Assembly (NCBI GenBank): GCA_902786265.1
Contig: CADACE010000025.1
Location: 4,950 to 68,949, forward strand
Direction: 5' to 3'
From: an uncultured Chloroflexota bacterium
Lineage (GTDB): Bacteria > Chloroflexota > Anaerolineae > Anaerolineales > Anaerolineaceae
DNA: 64,000 nt
Part shown: in pieces, positions 37,018 to 47,311 of the stretch
Position numbering within the stretch: the stretch's first letter is position 1
Layout of the letters: the number at the start of each line of letters is the position of its first letter
Program-made: the position numbers and the translations under genes
Notes under the pieces: generated by a model
Told to the model about the DNA's origin: nothing
Databases searched by the model: none
The model's input: the letters and a program-made list of their open reading frames with translations, nothing else

Positions 37018-40000
37018 ATGTTAAATCAAATCAGCGGACTGAGCGGATTTCAGTCCTTATGTGAAAGGATCAATGAAAAAGAGCGGACTGCCTTCGGGGC
37101 GCTTGGTCTGCTCCGTTCCGCGCGCTTCCCGGTCGCTGCCGCGTTCTATGAATCCCTTCAGCGGCCTGTCCTTTATATTACGGACCGGCCGGAACAGGCG
37201 CTGCTGGCTCTGGATGAGATCGCTTTCTGGCATCCGAAAACAGACCGTTTTCATTTTCCCGCTCCGGAACCGCTGTTTTACGAAAACGCTGCCTGGAGCA
37301 TGTCTGTCCGTCATGACCGGATCCAGACACTCACACAACTGACCCGCCTGCTGCTGCCCGGTACCGACAAACCGGAAAAAAAGCCGCTGATCGCGGCTCC
37401 CATCCGCGCGGTCATGCAGCGGACACTCAGCCGGCAGGAATTCATTCATGAGCTGAAAGCATTTCGTGTAGGACAGGAAGTATCCTCAACCGGTCTGCTG
37501 CGGACCTGGAGCTGTTCCGGGTATGAAGCCGCGGAAGCCGTTCTGGAACCGGGACAGTATTCACGCCGCGGGGAGCTGCTTGATGTCTGGCCGCATTCGG
37601 AACCTTATCCGATCCGGATCGATTTCTTTGGTGATGAGATCGACTCCATCCATCGCTTTGATCCCGCGACTCAGCGCAATATCGTTCCGCTCAAAAAAGT
37701 GTATATCCCGCCCGCCGGTGAAGTGATTTTCCCGGAGAATTCGGATATTGATCGGCGGCCTGATTCTCCGCGTGATTTTTACCTGCCCCTGCTGCACAAA
37801 ACGCCGGCATGCCTTTTGGACTACCTTCCCAAGGATACGCTGATCCTTTGTGATGACCTGGAAGCTGTCCGCTCCACAGCCGAAACGCTTGAAGAGGACG
37901 CGGAAAACCTGCGTGAGGAAAGCATCCGCATTGGCACGCTGGATGCTGATTTTCCCGAACCTTATATCAGTTATTCTGAAATCAATGACCGTTTTTCCGA
38001 CTTTCCGCTGATCGATCTGGGACGTTCTGATGTGCCGGACAGCTCCTGGCTGTCGGACTCCTTTACCCCTGTTGAACGGTTCGGCGGACATCTGGATACA
38101 TTCCTTGATTTTTTGATGGCCCGTTTCCGCGCGAAAGAACCGGTTTCGGTCATCAGCCGTCAGTCAGAACGGATCGAAGAGCTTTGGAAAAAGGCGGAGA
38201 ACCTTCGCAAGGATATCGAGGGAAAAGCCCCTGTCTTTGTTGAAGATTCACTGACTGAAGGTTTTGTCCTCACGGAATCTGGCGGTCTGAAAAACTATGT
38301 TTTAACAGACAGTGAGATTTTCGGCTGGGAGCGTCCGGTTCCCAGGAAAGCTGCCCGGAAACCGATCGACGCACCGGAAAAATATTTCGCGGATCTCAAA
38401 GAAGGGGATTACGTGGTCCATGTGGACTTCGGGATCGGGATCTATGACGGACTGGTGACCCGTACTATCGACGGTGTAAAGAAAGACTTTTTACGGATCA
38501 ATTACGCGGAAGGCGACCAGCTGTTTGTCCCTGTCCATCAGGCTGACCGGCTTTCAAATTATGTCGGTCCGAACGGAAAAACGCCGGAAATTACGCGTCT
38601 CGGTACAAAAGACTGGCTCAATTCCAAGAATTTTGTGCGCGAAAAAGTGCTGGAGATCGCCAACGACCTGCTGGACCTTTATGCAAAGCGTCAGGTGACG
38701 CCGGGCTATGCTTTTTCAAAAGACAGTATCTGGATGAAAGATCTTGAAGGAGCTTTTCCGTTTGAGGAAACAGAGGATCAGAAGATCGCGATCCGGAAGG
38801 TCAAGGAAGATATGGAAAGCCCGCGTCCGATGGACCGGCTGATCTGCGGTGATGTGGGATACGGAAAAACCGAGATCGCCCTGCGCGCGGCATTCAAAGC
38901 AGCCTGTGACAGCAAGCAGGTGGCGATCCTTGTACCGACCACCGTCCTCGCGCAGCAGCATTATGAAACATTCAAAAACCGCTTTGCAGCTTATCCTGTC
39001 AATGTCGAGATGCTGTCCCGCTTCCGCACAGCGAAGGAACAGACCAAAATCTTAAAGAAACTCGAGAGCGGAGAGATCGACATCATTATCGGAACACACC
39101 GTCTGGTTTCCAAAGACGTGAAATTTAAGGATCTGGGCCTGGTCGTTATCGACGAAGAGCAGCGTTTCGGGGTTCGGCAAAAGGAATACCTGAAAAAACT
39201 GCGGGCAAGGGTGGATGTCTTGACCCTAACGGCGACGCCGATCCCGCGAACGCTTTACATGGCGCTGACAGGTGTGCGGGATATTTCCAACATCAACACG
39301 CCACCTTATGAGCGCGTACCTATTACGACTTATGTCGGCCCTTATTCCGAAAAAATCATCCGTCAGGCCATAACACGGGAAATGGAGCGGAACGGGCAGA
39401 CCTTTTTCCTCCATAACCGGGTCCAGTCTATTTACGCGATGTATGATTACCTGCGCCGTCTGGTGCCGGAAGCAAGGATCGGCGTTGCTCACGGACAGAT
39501 GGCTGAAAAACAGCTGTCCGCGGTGATGGACCAGTTTTACAAAGGAGAGCTCGACGTTCTGCTGTGCACTTCCATCATCGAATCCGGGCTGGATGTACCG
39601 AATGCCAATACGCTGATCGTCAACCGGGCGGATATGTTCGGTCTCGCGCAGCTCTATCAGATCCGCGGACGGGTGGGACGCAGCTCTCAGCGGGCTTATG
39701 CTTATTTCTTCCGGCAGAGGGGACATAAACCGACGGAAGCCGGACTGGAACGTCTGGAAGTGATCGCGGAAAATACACAGTTCGGCGCCGGTTATACGAT
39801 CGCGATGCGCGATCTGGAAATGCGCGGCGCCGGGGAAATCCTGGGCAGCCGTCAGCATGGAGCCATCGCTTCTGTCGGTTTTCATCTCTATACCCGCATG
39901 CTCGCCCAGGCAGTCCGCAATGTACGTGATATCAAGGGCGTGGATGTTTCTGATGAGGATCTGGGCATCACCCGGGAAATGGCTTACCTGTTCAACCCCA

Positions 40001-40431
40001 TAACCGTCGAACTGCCGCTGAATATCGGGATCCCCGAGGATTATATCGAAGATGACCAGACCCGCATTAAGCTGTACCGCCGGATGGCCTCTGTCAGCAA
40101 AGAAGAGGAGCTGGACGCACTCGACGCGGAGTTTACAGACCGGTTCGGTCCGCTGCCCGTCGAGATAAAAAATCTTGTGTTCCAGATCCGTGTAAAGATT
40201 TTTGCGGAGCGCATCGGACTGTCCGCGGTGGTGAAGGAAGGGAACGATATCGTTTTGAAGTTTCCTGCTTTGCCTGCCGGTGTGGATCACCGGGATCTTC
40301 CGCTTTTCAGCAAGCGGGTGCGGCTCGGAAAGAATAATTACCGTGTCATCGGGATCGATTGGAATTCTGATGAATGGCAGGACGAATTGTTGGGTTTGCT
40401 TTCAATGTTGGCACTGAAACTGCACAAATAA
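37018..40431 (+). CDS. mfd: Transcription-repair coupling factor
   Basis: CarD-like RID domain, GDVGYGKTE, DEEQRFG, TATPIPRT, QIRGRVGR, TRCF C-terminus. Confidence 0.97.
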   Translation: MLNQISGLSGFQSLCERINEKERTAFGALGLLRSARFPVAAAFYESLQRPVLYITDRPEQALLALDEIAFWHPKTDRFHFPAPEPLFYENAAWSMSVRHDRIQTLTQLTRLLLPGTDKPEKKPLIAAPIRAVMQRTLSRQEFIHELKAFRVGQEVSSTGLLRTWSCSGYEAAEAVLEPGQYSRRGELLDVWPHSEPYPIRIDFFGDEIDSIHRFDPATQRNIVPLKKVYIPPAGEVIFPENSDIDRRPDSPRDFYLPLLHKTPACLLDYLPKDTLILCDDLEAVRSTAETLEEDAENLREESIRIGTLDADFPEPYISYSEINDRFSDFPLIDLGRSDVPDSSWLSDSFTPVERFGGHLDTFLDFLMARFRAKEPVSVISRQSERIEELWKKAENLRKDIEGKAPVFVEDSLTEGFVLTESGGLKNYVLTDSEIFGWERPVPRKAARKPIDAPEKYFADLKEGDYVVHVDFGIGIYDGLVTRTIDGVKKDFLRINYAEGDQLFVPVHQADRLSNYVGPNGKTPEITRLGTKDWLNSKNFVREKVLEIANDLLDLYAKRQVTPGYAFSKDSIWMKDLEGAFPFEETEDQKIAIRKVKEDMESPRPMDRLICGDVGYGKTEIALRAAFKAACDSKQVAILVPTTVLAQQHYETFKNRFAAYPVNVEMLSRFRTAKEQTKILKKLESGEIDIIIGTHRLVSKDVKFKDLGLVVIDEEQRFGVRQKEYLKKLRARVDVLTLTATPIPRTLYMALTGVRDISNINTPPYERVPITTYVGPYSEKIIRQAITREMERNGQTFFLHNRVQSIYAMYDYLRRLVPEARIGVAHGQMAEKQLSAVMDQFYKGELDVLLCTSIIESGLDVPNANTLIVNRADMFGLAQLYQIRGRVGRSSQRAYAYFFRQRGHKPTEAGLERLEVIAENTQFGAGYTIAMRDLEMRGAGEILGSRQHGAIASVGFHLYTRMLAQAVRNVRDIKGVDVSDEDLGITREMAYLFNPITVELPLNIGIPEDYIEDDQTRIKLYRRMASVSKEEELDALDAEFTDRFGPLPVEIKNLVFQIRVKIFAERIGLSAVVKEGNDIVLKFPALPAGVDHRDLPLFSKRVRLGKNNYRVIGIDWNSDEWQDELLGLLSMLALKLHK

Positions 40432-40541
40432 ACAATTGTCAGTAAGTCTTTTTGTAGAGATTTACAAAGGGATTGTGTCCATGTCAATCGATCTTCATGG
40501 GGTGAACTGAAGCCGGTTGATCAGCTAATATTGGAGGTATC

Positions 40542-41705
40542 ATGAAAAAGTCAACCCTTATTGTATTGCTTCTCGCGCTTGTTGTTTGTCTTTCCGGCTG
40601 CAGTCAGAAAAAGATCGACGAATTGACTGCAACATTTAATAGTGAAAAGGAAGCTCTTCAGGCTCAGATCGATGAAGCCCAGGCTGCCTTGAAATCCACG
40701 GTCGATGAAAAAACCGCCGCAATTGAAGAATTGCAGGCTCAGGCCAAAACGCAGCTGGACGAATTGACTGCTGAAAAGGACAAGCAGATTGCCGCGGCTG
40801 AAGAAAATCTGAAAACGGTCACCGAAGCGAAGGATGCTTTGATCGCGGAAGCGGAAACAAAAATCGAAGCCCTGACTTCTGAAAAAGATTCATTGGTTGC
40901 TGCCGCTGAAGAAAATCTGAAGACTGTCACCGAACAAAAAGACGCCCTGATCGCCGCAGCCGAAGAAAATCTGGAATCCGCAAAGGCAGAAAGCGAAAAA
41001 CTCCTTGCGGAAGCTCAGGAAAAATATGATGCCTTTGAAGCGGATGCAAAGGCTCAGCTTGAAGCTGCTCAGACTGCCGCTCAGGAAAAGTATGATGCAA
41101 TGGTAGCTGAGAAAGACGCAGCTGTTGCGAAAGCCAAGGAACAATATGACGCGCTTGTGGCGGAGAAAGACGCTGCCGTCGCGAAAGCTCAGGAACAATA
41201 TGATGCATTAGTTGCTGAAAAAGACGCCGCTGTCAAGGAAGTCCAGGACAAATTTGACGCACTTATGGCTGAAAAAGACGCCGCAGTCAAGGAAGCCCAG
41301 GAAAAGTATGACGCTTTAGTGGCTGAAAAAGATGCTGCTGCCGCGGAACTGAAGAAACAAGTTGAAGATGCCGCAGCTGAAAATACCGAACTCACTGCCA
41401 AACTGGAAGATGCCCAGACCCAGCTGACCGATCTGACCTTCAAATATGAAGGATTGATCGAGCAGAAAAACGAATTCCAGAAAGCTTTGGAATCCATGCA
41501 GGATGATATTGATGCCCGCCTGGCTTTGTCTGCTGAGGAAGAGGAAGAAAAAACAGACGAAACCAAAGAACCGGCTGATCTTGAAGAGGCTAACGAGACA
41601 ATTCGTGAACTGCAGAGACAGCTTCAGGAGTTGAGTGAAGCGCTCGAGCTGAAAGAAATCGAAAATGCCGTGCTTCATGAAACAATTGAGGGATATACCG
41701 ATTAA
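40542..41705 (+). CDS. Coiled-coil lipoprotein with 18-aa repeats
   Basis: RBS GGAGG; lipobox LSGC; Ala/Glu/Lys-rich. Confidence 0.85.
   Translation: MKKSTLIVLLLALVVCLSGCSQKKIDELTATFNSEKEALQAQIDEAQAALKSTVDEKTAAIEELQAQAKTQLDELTAEKDKQIAAAEENLKTVTEAKDALIAEAETKIEALTSEKDSLVAAAEENLKTVTEQKDALIAAAEENLESAKAESEKLLAEAQEKYDAFEADAKAQLEAAQTAAQEKYDAMVAEKDAAVAKAKEQYDALVAEKDAAVAKAQEQYDALVAEKDAAVKEVQDKFDALMAEKDAAVKEAQEKYDALVAEKDAAAAELKKQVEDAAAENTELTAKLEDAQTQLTDLTFKYEGLIEQKNEFQKALESMQDDIDARLALSAEEEEEKTDETKEPADLEEANETIRELQRQLQELSEALELKEIENAVLHETIEGYTD
41079..41348 (+). repeat. Five tandem 54-bp coding repeats (AQEKYDALVAEKDAAVAK)
   Basis: Units start at 41079, 41133, 41187, 41241, 41295. Confidence 0.85.
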
Positions 41706-41727
41706 TTGAATTGAAATTTATTTCCGG

Positions 41728-41760
41728 CAGCCTTCAGCAATAAAAGCTGAAGGCTGTTTT
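41728..41760 (+). terminator. Intrinsic terminator
   Basis: cagccttcagc / gctgaaggctg followed by tttt. Confidence 0.85.
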
Positions 41761-41784
41761 AAAATGTATATAATTGTGTTCTTT

Positions 41785-41814
41785 TTGACAAACATAGCTC
41801 TGACGTATTATAAT
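41785..41814 (+). promoter_or_regulatory. Consensus sigma70 promoter (probably leaderless rnd transcript)
   Basis: TTGACA 41785-90, 18 bp spacer, TATAAT 41809-14, ATG at 41822. Confidence 0.75.
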
Positions 41815-41821
41815 AATTCCC

Positions 41822-43024
41822 ATGAATGTGGAACTTGATCCGAAAACAGTCCATATCATCAATGATACGGATTCTTATAAACACTGTTTTGAACAACTGC
41901 GTAAAGCCAAAGAAGTGGCTGTCGATACTGAATCCGACAGTCTTTTTGTCTATTATGAAAAGGTGTGTCTGATCCAGATCAGCGCGGACGGGCAGAGTTA
42001 CGTTATTGATCCGCTGGAAACCGGTGACCTTTCTACCCTGAATGAAATCTTTGCCGACCCTTCAATTTTGAAGATCTTTCATGCGGCAGAGTATGATCTG
42101 ATGTGTTTAAAGCGGGATTTCGGGTTTGAATTTGCCAACTTATTTGATACCATGGTTGCCGCGCGTATGCTGGGAAAGAAAGAATTCGGACTTGGTCCGC
42201 TTCTTGAAAGCGAATTTGGCATCCATTTGGACAAACGGTATCAAAAGGCCAATTGGGGCATACGTCCTTTGAGCCGGGAAATGCTGCAATATGCGGTTTC
42301 CGATACCCGTTTTCTGGGGGAACTGAAGGATAAACTGCTCCAGGAACTTCAGGAACGCGGGATGTTAGACATGGCGAAGGAAGATTTTGAACGTTTGTGC
42401 CGCATCCACGCGGCGCCTTCCGAGCCGCATGACCCGGTTTGGTGGAAAGTGACCGGAGGGGTGGAATTGCTCCCTTCTGAGCAGGCTGCTTTGCAGGGTT
42501 TGTGTGAATTCCGCGAAAATGAAGCACAGCTCCGTGACCTGCCGCCCTTCAAAATTCTTTCAAACAACGCTCTTGTCAATATTGTCCTTGAAAATCCGTC
42601 GACTGAAAATTCTCTGCGGCGCCTGAAAGGCGTCGGCAGCGCTGTGGTGCGGCGTTATGGAAGAACAATACTGGATATCAATAAAACCTGGCGGCGCAAA
42701 AAAAAGATCCCTCAGCCGGTGCTTACGTCCCGGCCTGCGAATGGTATCCTCAGCCGCAGAGAACGCCTGAAAAACTGGCGGAAAAACGCGGGACTGGAAC
42801 TGGATGTCCCTTCAGACGTGATTTTGCCTCGTGATATCCTTGAAAAAATCGCAGAGATTGGTCCGAAAAATGAAACAGAGCTGAAGGATCTGATGGCAGA
42901 AATCCCATCCCGATATCAGCGTTTCGGGAAGGAGATCCTGGAAGTTTCCATGAATGAAAGCAGTGACGACGTTGTCGAGACCGGTACCGCATCTGAAGAG
43001 CCGGTAATGGAGGATGAACACTGA
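41822..43024 (+). CDS. rnd: Ribonuclease D (DEDD exonuclease + 2 HRDC)
   Basis: AVDTE, CLIQIS, FHAAEYD, FDT, YAVSD, HRDC PPFKIL. Confidence 0.9.
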   Translation: MNVELDPKTVHIINDTDSYKHCFEQLRKAKEVAVDTESDSLFVYYEKVCLIQISADGQSYVIDPLETGDLSTLNEIFADPSILKIFHAAEYDLMCLKRDFGFEFANLFDTMVAARMLGKKEFGLGPLLESEFGIHLDKRYQKANWGIRPLSREMLQYAVSDTRFLGELKDKLLQELQERGMLDMAKEDFERLCRIHAAPSEPHDPVWWKVTGGVELLPSEQAALQGLCEFRENEAQLRDLPPFKILSNNALVNIVLENPSTENSLRRLKGVGSAVVRRYGRTILDINKTWRRKKKIPQPVLTSRPANGILSRRERLKNWRKNAGLELDVPSDVILPRDILEKIAEIGPKNETELKDLMAEIPSRYQRFGKEILEVSMNESSDDVVETGTASEEPVMEDEH

Positions 43025-44547
43025 TGCTTGCGCGTGTTTATTCCTGTGCTCTTACAGGCCTCTCCGGAACGATCATCGAAGTCGAAGTAGACTTTTCGTC
43101 ATGTGAAGAACCGAAAACCATTGTTGTCGGTCTGCCGGACACTGCTGTTCAGGAAAGCAAGGAACGGGTCCGCGGGGCGATCAAAAATTCCGGGCTGCGC
43201 AGCATGCGTAACCGTATCACGGTCAATCTGGCTCCCGCAGACCTGCGTAAGGAAGGTCCCTGTTTTGACCTGCCGATCGCGATAGGCGAGCTTGCCTGCC
43301 GCGATGAGACCTGGATCCCGGAGCTGGATGATGCGCTGATCGTAGGTGAACTCTCACTGGACGGCTCCGTGCGTCATGTCCGCGGGATCCTGCTGATTGC
43401 CGCCAAAGCAAAGGAAATGGGGTTCAAAAGTGTCTGCGTTCCCGCCTGCGACGCGCCGGAAGCAGCCCTGATCCCCGGAATTGAAGTGCTGCCGGTTCAT
43501 TCCCTGCTGGAGCTTTACAACCACTTTATCGGGGAACAACGCATCGAACCGCAGCAGCCTTGCGAGCTTACGGAAACAACTGTTACCGTGCGGACGGATT
43601 TCAGCGAGATCAAAGGTCAGGAGCATGTCAAACGTGCCCTGGAAATTGCCGCGGCAGGGTCGCATAACGTCCTGATGAACGGTTCTCCCGGCACCGGCAA
43701 AACTCTTCTTGCCCGCGCGCTTCCTTCCATCCTTCCGCGGATGACACTGGAGGAAAGTCTGGATGTGACGCGGATCTATTCGATTGAAGATATGCTCCCG
43801 CCGGATATTCCCCTGATCCGTACCCGGCCGTTCCGTGCTCCGCATCATACCGTCAGTTATGCCGGGCTGGTCGGGGGCGGAAATATACCGCGTCCGGGAG
43901 AAATTTCTCTCGCCCACCGCGGTGTGCTGTTCCTGGATGAGTTTCCGGAGTTTGACCCGCGTGTGCTGGAAGTGCTCCGGCAGCCTCTGGAAGATAAAAT
44001 CGTGACCATCTCCCGGGCAACCGGCGCTTACAGTTTCCCCGCCAACTTTATGCTCGTGGCGGCGATGAATCCCTGTCCCTGCGGGTATTACGGGGACCCG
44101 AATCATAACTGCACCTGTTCTGAATTTTCGATCCAGCGCTATCAGAAACGGATCTCCGGACCGCTGCTGGACCGCATTGATATCCAGATCAACGTTCCGC
44201 GGGTCGAGTATGAAAAACTTTCCGGCGATACCGTCGGTGAACCCTCCGCTGTGATCCGTGAAAGAGTTGAAGCTGCCCGGGAAAGGCAGCGGGTCCGTTT
44301 TACAGGCAACCCCAATGTGACCTGTAATTCGGAAATGGGTCCCGCGGAAATCCGCCAGTATTGCCGTCTTGACGCGGAAGGGGAAAAACTGGTCAAAAGC
44401 CTGATGACGCATTACCAGATCTCTGCCCGTGCCTATCACCGGCTTCTGAAGCTTGCCCGCACGATCGCGGATCTGGATGCCTCACCGGCCATTCAAACCC
44501 GGCATATGGCGGAAGCTATTCAGTACCGTCCGCGTGCGAAAAACTGA
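43024..44547 (+). CDS. comM: YifB/ComM Mg-chelatase-like AAA ATPase
   Basis: VGLPD..VQES, GSPGTGKT, RAPHH, PGEISLAHRGVLFLDE, NPCPCG. Confidence 0.92.
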   Translation: MLARVYSCALTGLSGTIIEVEVDFSSCEEPKTIVVGLPDTAVQESKERVRGAIKNSGLRSMRNRITVNLAPADLRKEGPCFDLPIAIGELACRDETWIPELDDALIVGELSLDGSVRHVRGILLIAAKAKEMGFKSVCVPACDAPEAALIPGIEVLPVHSLLELYNHFIGEQRIEPQQPCELTETTVTVRTDFSEIKGQEHVKRALEIAAAGSHNVLMNGSPGTGKTLLARALPSILPRMTLEESLDVTRIYSIEDMLPPDIPLIRTRPFRAPHHTVSYAGLVGGGNIPRPGEISLAHRGVLFLDEFPEFDPRVLEVLRQPLEDKIVTISRATGAYSFPANFMLVAAMNPCPCGYYGDPNHNCTCSEFSIQRYQKRISGPLLDRIDIQINVPRVEYEKLSGDTVGEPSAVIRERVEAARERQRVRFTGNPNVTCNSEMGPAEIRQYCRLDAEGEKLVKSLMTHYQISARAYHRLLKLARTIADLDASPAIQTRHMAEAIQYRPRAKN

Positions 44548-44666
44548 ATTTCTGAAAACCGGATTCAGGATATAATTGAGTGAAAACAGCCCTGAGGCTG
44601 TATATGCAGATTACGCTGAAATTGCAGAAAGTAAGATGTATGGCTGAGAAAAGCCTATAAAGATTT

Positions 44667-45974
44667 ATGGAACCCGGAAGTAACCTTCCGTCCCTAGCGG
44701 ACAACCTGTTATTGCTTGTTTTGATCATATTTGCCGTCCTGGACCTTCTGACGGCAGTTATCCTCCATGTTTATCGTTACCTGCTCGATGCAAACATTGT
44801 GATTCCCGGCGGTGAAGACAAAAGCGACAGCCGTCCCATCAGCGCGCGGCTGCTGGACAATAAAACCCTGATCGACAAACTGCGCATAGCTGACGGCTTT
44901 CTGTCCGGGATGACCTGCGGATTCGCTGTGGTATACGCGATCCGTGTTCTTCCTTATGAACTGACAGTCCCGGTATTGGCCCTGTATGTGTTCTGCACGG
45001 TGGTGATCCTGATCCTGCTGGAATCCATCGTGACTGCCATTACCGCGAAAAATCCGCAGAAAACCGCCGATAGTCTGGCCGGGTTCTGCGCTCTTCTGAG
45101 CAACATTTTTACACCGCTCTATCTGCTGGTCCACTGGATCATTCCGGAACCGGTCATCATAACACCTCCGGATATCGAAAAAGAGGAAAGCCATCTGAAG
45201 GACTGGGTGGAAAATATTCCTGAAAACACCATTCTGGAACAGGATGAGAAGAAAATGATCCGTTCCATTGTTCATTTTTCCAATACCATGATCCGGGAAA
45301 TCATGATTCCGCGGGTGGAAATTGACGCGCTGGAGCTGGAGACTCCGCTGGATGAAGCTGCCCGGCTCATTCAGGAGTCCGGACATTCCCGTCTGCCGAT
45401 TTATGACGATGAGATCGACCGCATTGTCGGTGTCCTTTATGCGAAAGATGTGCTTCAGGCTTATGTGGATCAGCGCGTTGTAACTATCAGGGATCTGATG
45501 CGGCAGGCGCTGTTTGTCCCGGAATCGAAAATGGCGGGCGACCTGCTGAATGAAATGAAATCTTCCGGTATCCATATGGCGGTCGTGGTTGATGAATACG
45601 GCGGAACCTCCGGGATCGTTTCCATGGAAGATATTGTGGAGGAGATCGTCGGTGAGATCCGCGATGAATATGATGACCGGGAAGAGGAACTGGTGCATGA
45701 ACTTGGGCCGGATGAATATTCCTTCCTTGGACGGATCGACCTGGAAGATGTAAATGAATACCTTGGGACCCATCTGACGCGGGAATCGGCTGACACCCTT
45801 GCCGGGTTCCTTTATTCTCAAATCGGGAAAATTCCCACCCTCAATGAAAAAGTTGAGGCTGAAGGCTGGACATTTGAAATTGAAGAGCTGTCCGGCAGAC
45901 GGATCCAGCGGGTGCGTGCCTACCGCAGCCCGGTGGAAAGTGAAGCTGAAGAGGTGAAAGATGATAAGCAATGA
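44667..45974 (+). CDS. HlyC/CorC family CBS-domain membrane protein
   Basis: TM N-terminus; IMIPR, GHSRLP, VVDEYGG, EDIVEEIVGEI. Confidence 0.9.
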   Translation: MEPGSNLPSLADNLLLLVLIIFAVLDLLTAVILHVYRYLLDANIVIPGGEDKSDSRPISARLLDNKTLIDKLRIADGFLSGMTCGFAVVYAIRVLPYELTVPVLALYVFCTVVILILLESIVTAITAKNPQKTADSLAGFCALLSNIFTPLYLLVHWIIPEPVIITPPDIEKEESHLKDWVENIPENTILEQDEKKMIRSIVHFSNTMIREIMIPRVEIDALELETPLDEAARLIQESGHSRLPIYDDEIDRIVGVLYAKDVLQAYVDQRVVTIRDLMRQALFVPESKMAGDLLNEMKSSGIHMAVVVDEYGGTSGIVSMEDIVEEIVGEIRDEYDDREEELVHELGPDEYSFLGRIDLEDVNEYLGTHLTRESADTLAGFLYSQIGKIPTLNEKVEAEGWTFEIEELSGRRIQRVRAYRSPVESEAEEVKDDKQ

Positions 45975-46371
45975 ACAAAAATCGGAACTGGGAAAGATCG
46001 CGGCTGAAATGCGCAGCCGGAGCTATATTCCTTACTCACATTACGCTGTCGGAGCCGCTTTGCTGACAAAAAGCGGGAAGATTTTCACCGGCTGCAACAT
46101 CGAAAACGCGGCTTATCCTGTCACGATCTGCGCGGAACGGACCGCCATTTTCAAGGCTGTTTCCGAGGGTGAAAAAGAATTTGAAGCCATCGCCATCGCG
46201 ACGGCGGACGGTCAGGGCTATCCCTGCGGTTCCTGCCGCCAGGTCATGGCTGAATTTTCCACCGATATGGAAGTTATGCTCGCGGATGCTGAAGGAAAGA
46301 TCACGGTCGATTCCAACATAAACGAGCTGCTGCCCGGAGCTTTTACCCCGGATAAACTGCTGGACCGCTGA
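45961..46371 (+). CDS. cdd: Cytidine deaminase
   Basis: PYSHYAVGAA, GCNIEN, CAER, PCGSCRQ. Confidence 0.95.
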   Translation: MISNEQKSELGKIAAEMRSRSYIPYSHYAVGAALLTKSGKIFTGCNIENAAYPVTICAERTAIFKAVSEGEKEFEAIAIATADGQGYPCGSCRQVMAEFSTDMEVMLADAEGKITVDSNINELLPGAFTPDKLLDR

Positions 46372-46376
46372 TTTTT

Positions 46377-47123
46377 GTGGAACGATCAGTCCATTTCCGG
46401 GCAATCGTTGTCCGGCATACCAATTATGAGGAAGCTGACCGCTTCATCACTTTTCTCACACCGTTTCAGGGACGAGTCTCGGCACTCGCGAAAGGGGTCC
46501 GGAAGCTGAGCTCCCGCAAAGCCGGGCATCTGCAGCCTTTTACCTATGTGGATGTTCAATTGTCCAAAGGGCGCGGCGCGTCCTGGCTGGTGACTCAGGT
46601 CTCGACCATCGAAGCTTATCCCGATATTTTGGCCTCCCTGGATAAAACCGTGCGGACCTCCTGTGTGCTGGAGCTGGCTGACCGTTTTTCCCTGGAAGGG
46701 GTCGAAAACGTCCAGCTCTTCCAGCTGACACTGGATACATTAAGACGCATCGCGGTATTTGAGGATATATTCCCGGTGCAGCGCTATTTCGACCTGCAGC
46801 TGCTGAACGTGACGGGATACCGCCCGCAGCTTTTCGAATGTGTCCGCTGTCACAAAAAGATCCAGCCGGAAGACCAGTATCTGCATTACGGGATGGGCGG
46901 GGTATTGTGCCCGGACTGCGGTGAGATCACTGCCGGGGCAAGAAAGATCTCCATGAATACACTGAAATATTTCCGTTATTACCAGACCCGGCCCTTCGCC
47001 CAGGCTGCCGCTGCCGGCTGGCCGCAGGGCATTCGTATGGAATCGGAAAACCTCCTGACCGGTTATCAGAGTTACCTGTTGGAGCGGAAAACCAATTCCC
47101 AACAGTTTCTGGAAAAAATTTAG
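46377..47123 (+). CDS. recO: DNA repair protein RecO
   Basis: EADR, AKGVRK, GYRPQL..CVRC...CPDC. Confidence 0.92.
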   Translation: MERSVHFRAIVVRHTNYEEADRFITFLTPFQGRVSALAKGVRKLSSRKAGHLQPFTYVDVQLSKGRGASWLVTQVSTIEAYPDILASLDKTVRTSCVLELADRFSLEGVENVQLFQLTLDTLRRIAVFEDIFPVQRYFDLQLLNVTGYRPQLFECVRCHKKIQPEDQYLHYGMGGVLCPDCGEITAGARKISMNTLKYFRYYQTRPFAQAAAAGWPQGIRMESENLLTGYQSYLLERKTNSQQFLEKI

Positions 47124-47311
47124 GATTCGGATGTCAGACAGCGGGTTTTCAAAACGCTGCGGGTCTGATGATATAATACAAAAAAGGATGGAACTGCGCT
47201 TTCAGGAAAATAAGGCAAAAGCGCTTTTCCTGCGAAAGCAGGAAACCTCGGCCGGGGACCCGGTTGAACCGTTTCCGGGCAGGTTCCGGACTGATACAAA
47301 GGAACGAAAAT

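Noticed and set aside
41079-41348. Regular 54-bp repeats as a possible CRISPR array
   Set aside because: In-frame coding repeats with synonymous variation, no unique spacers and no cas genes
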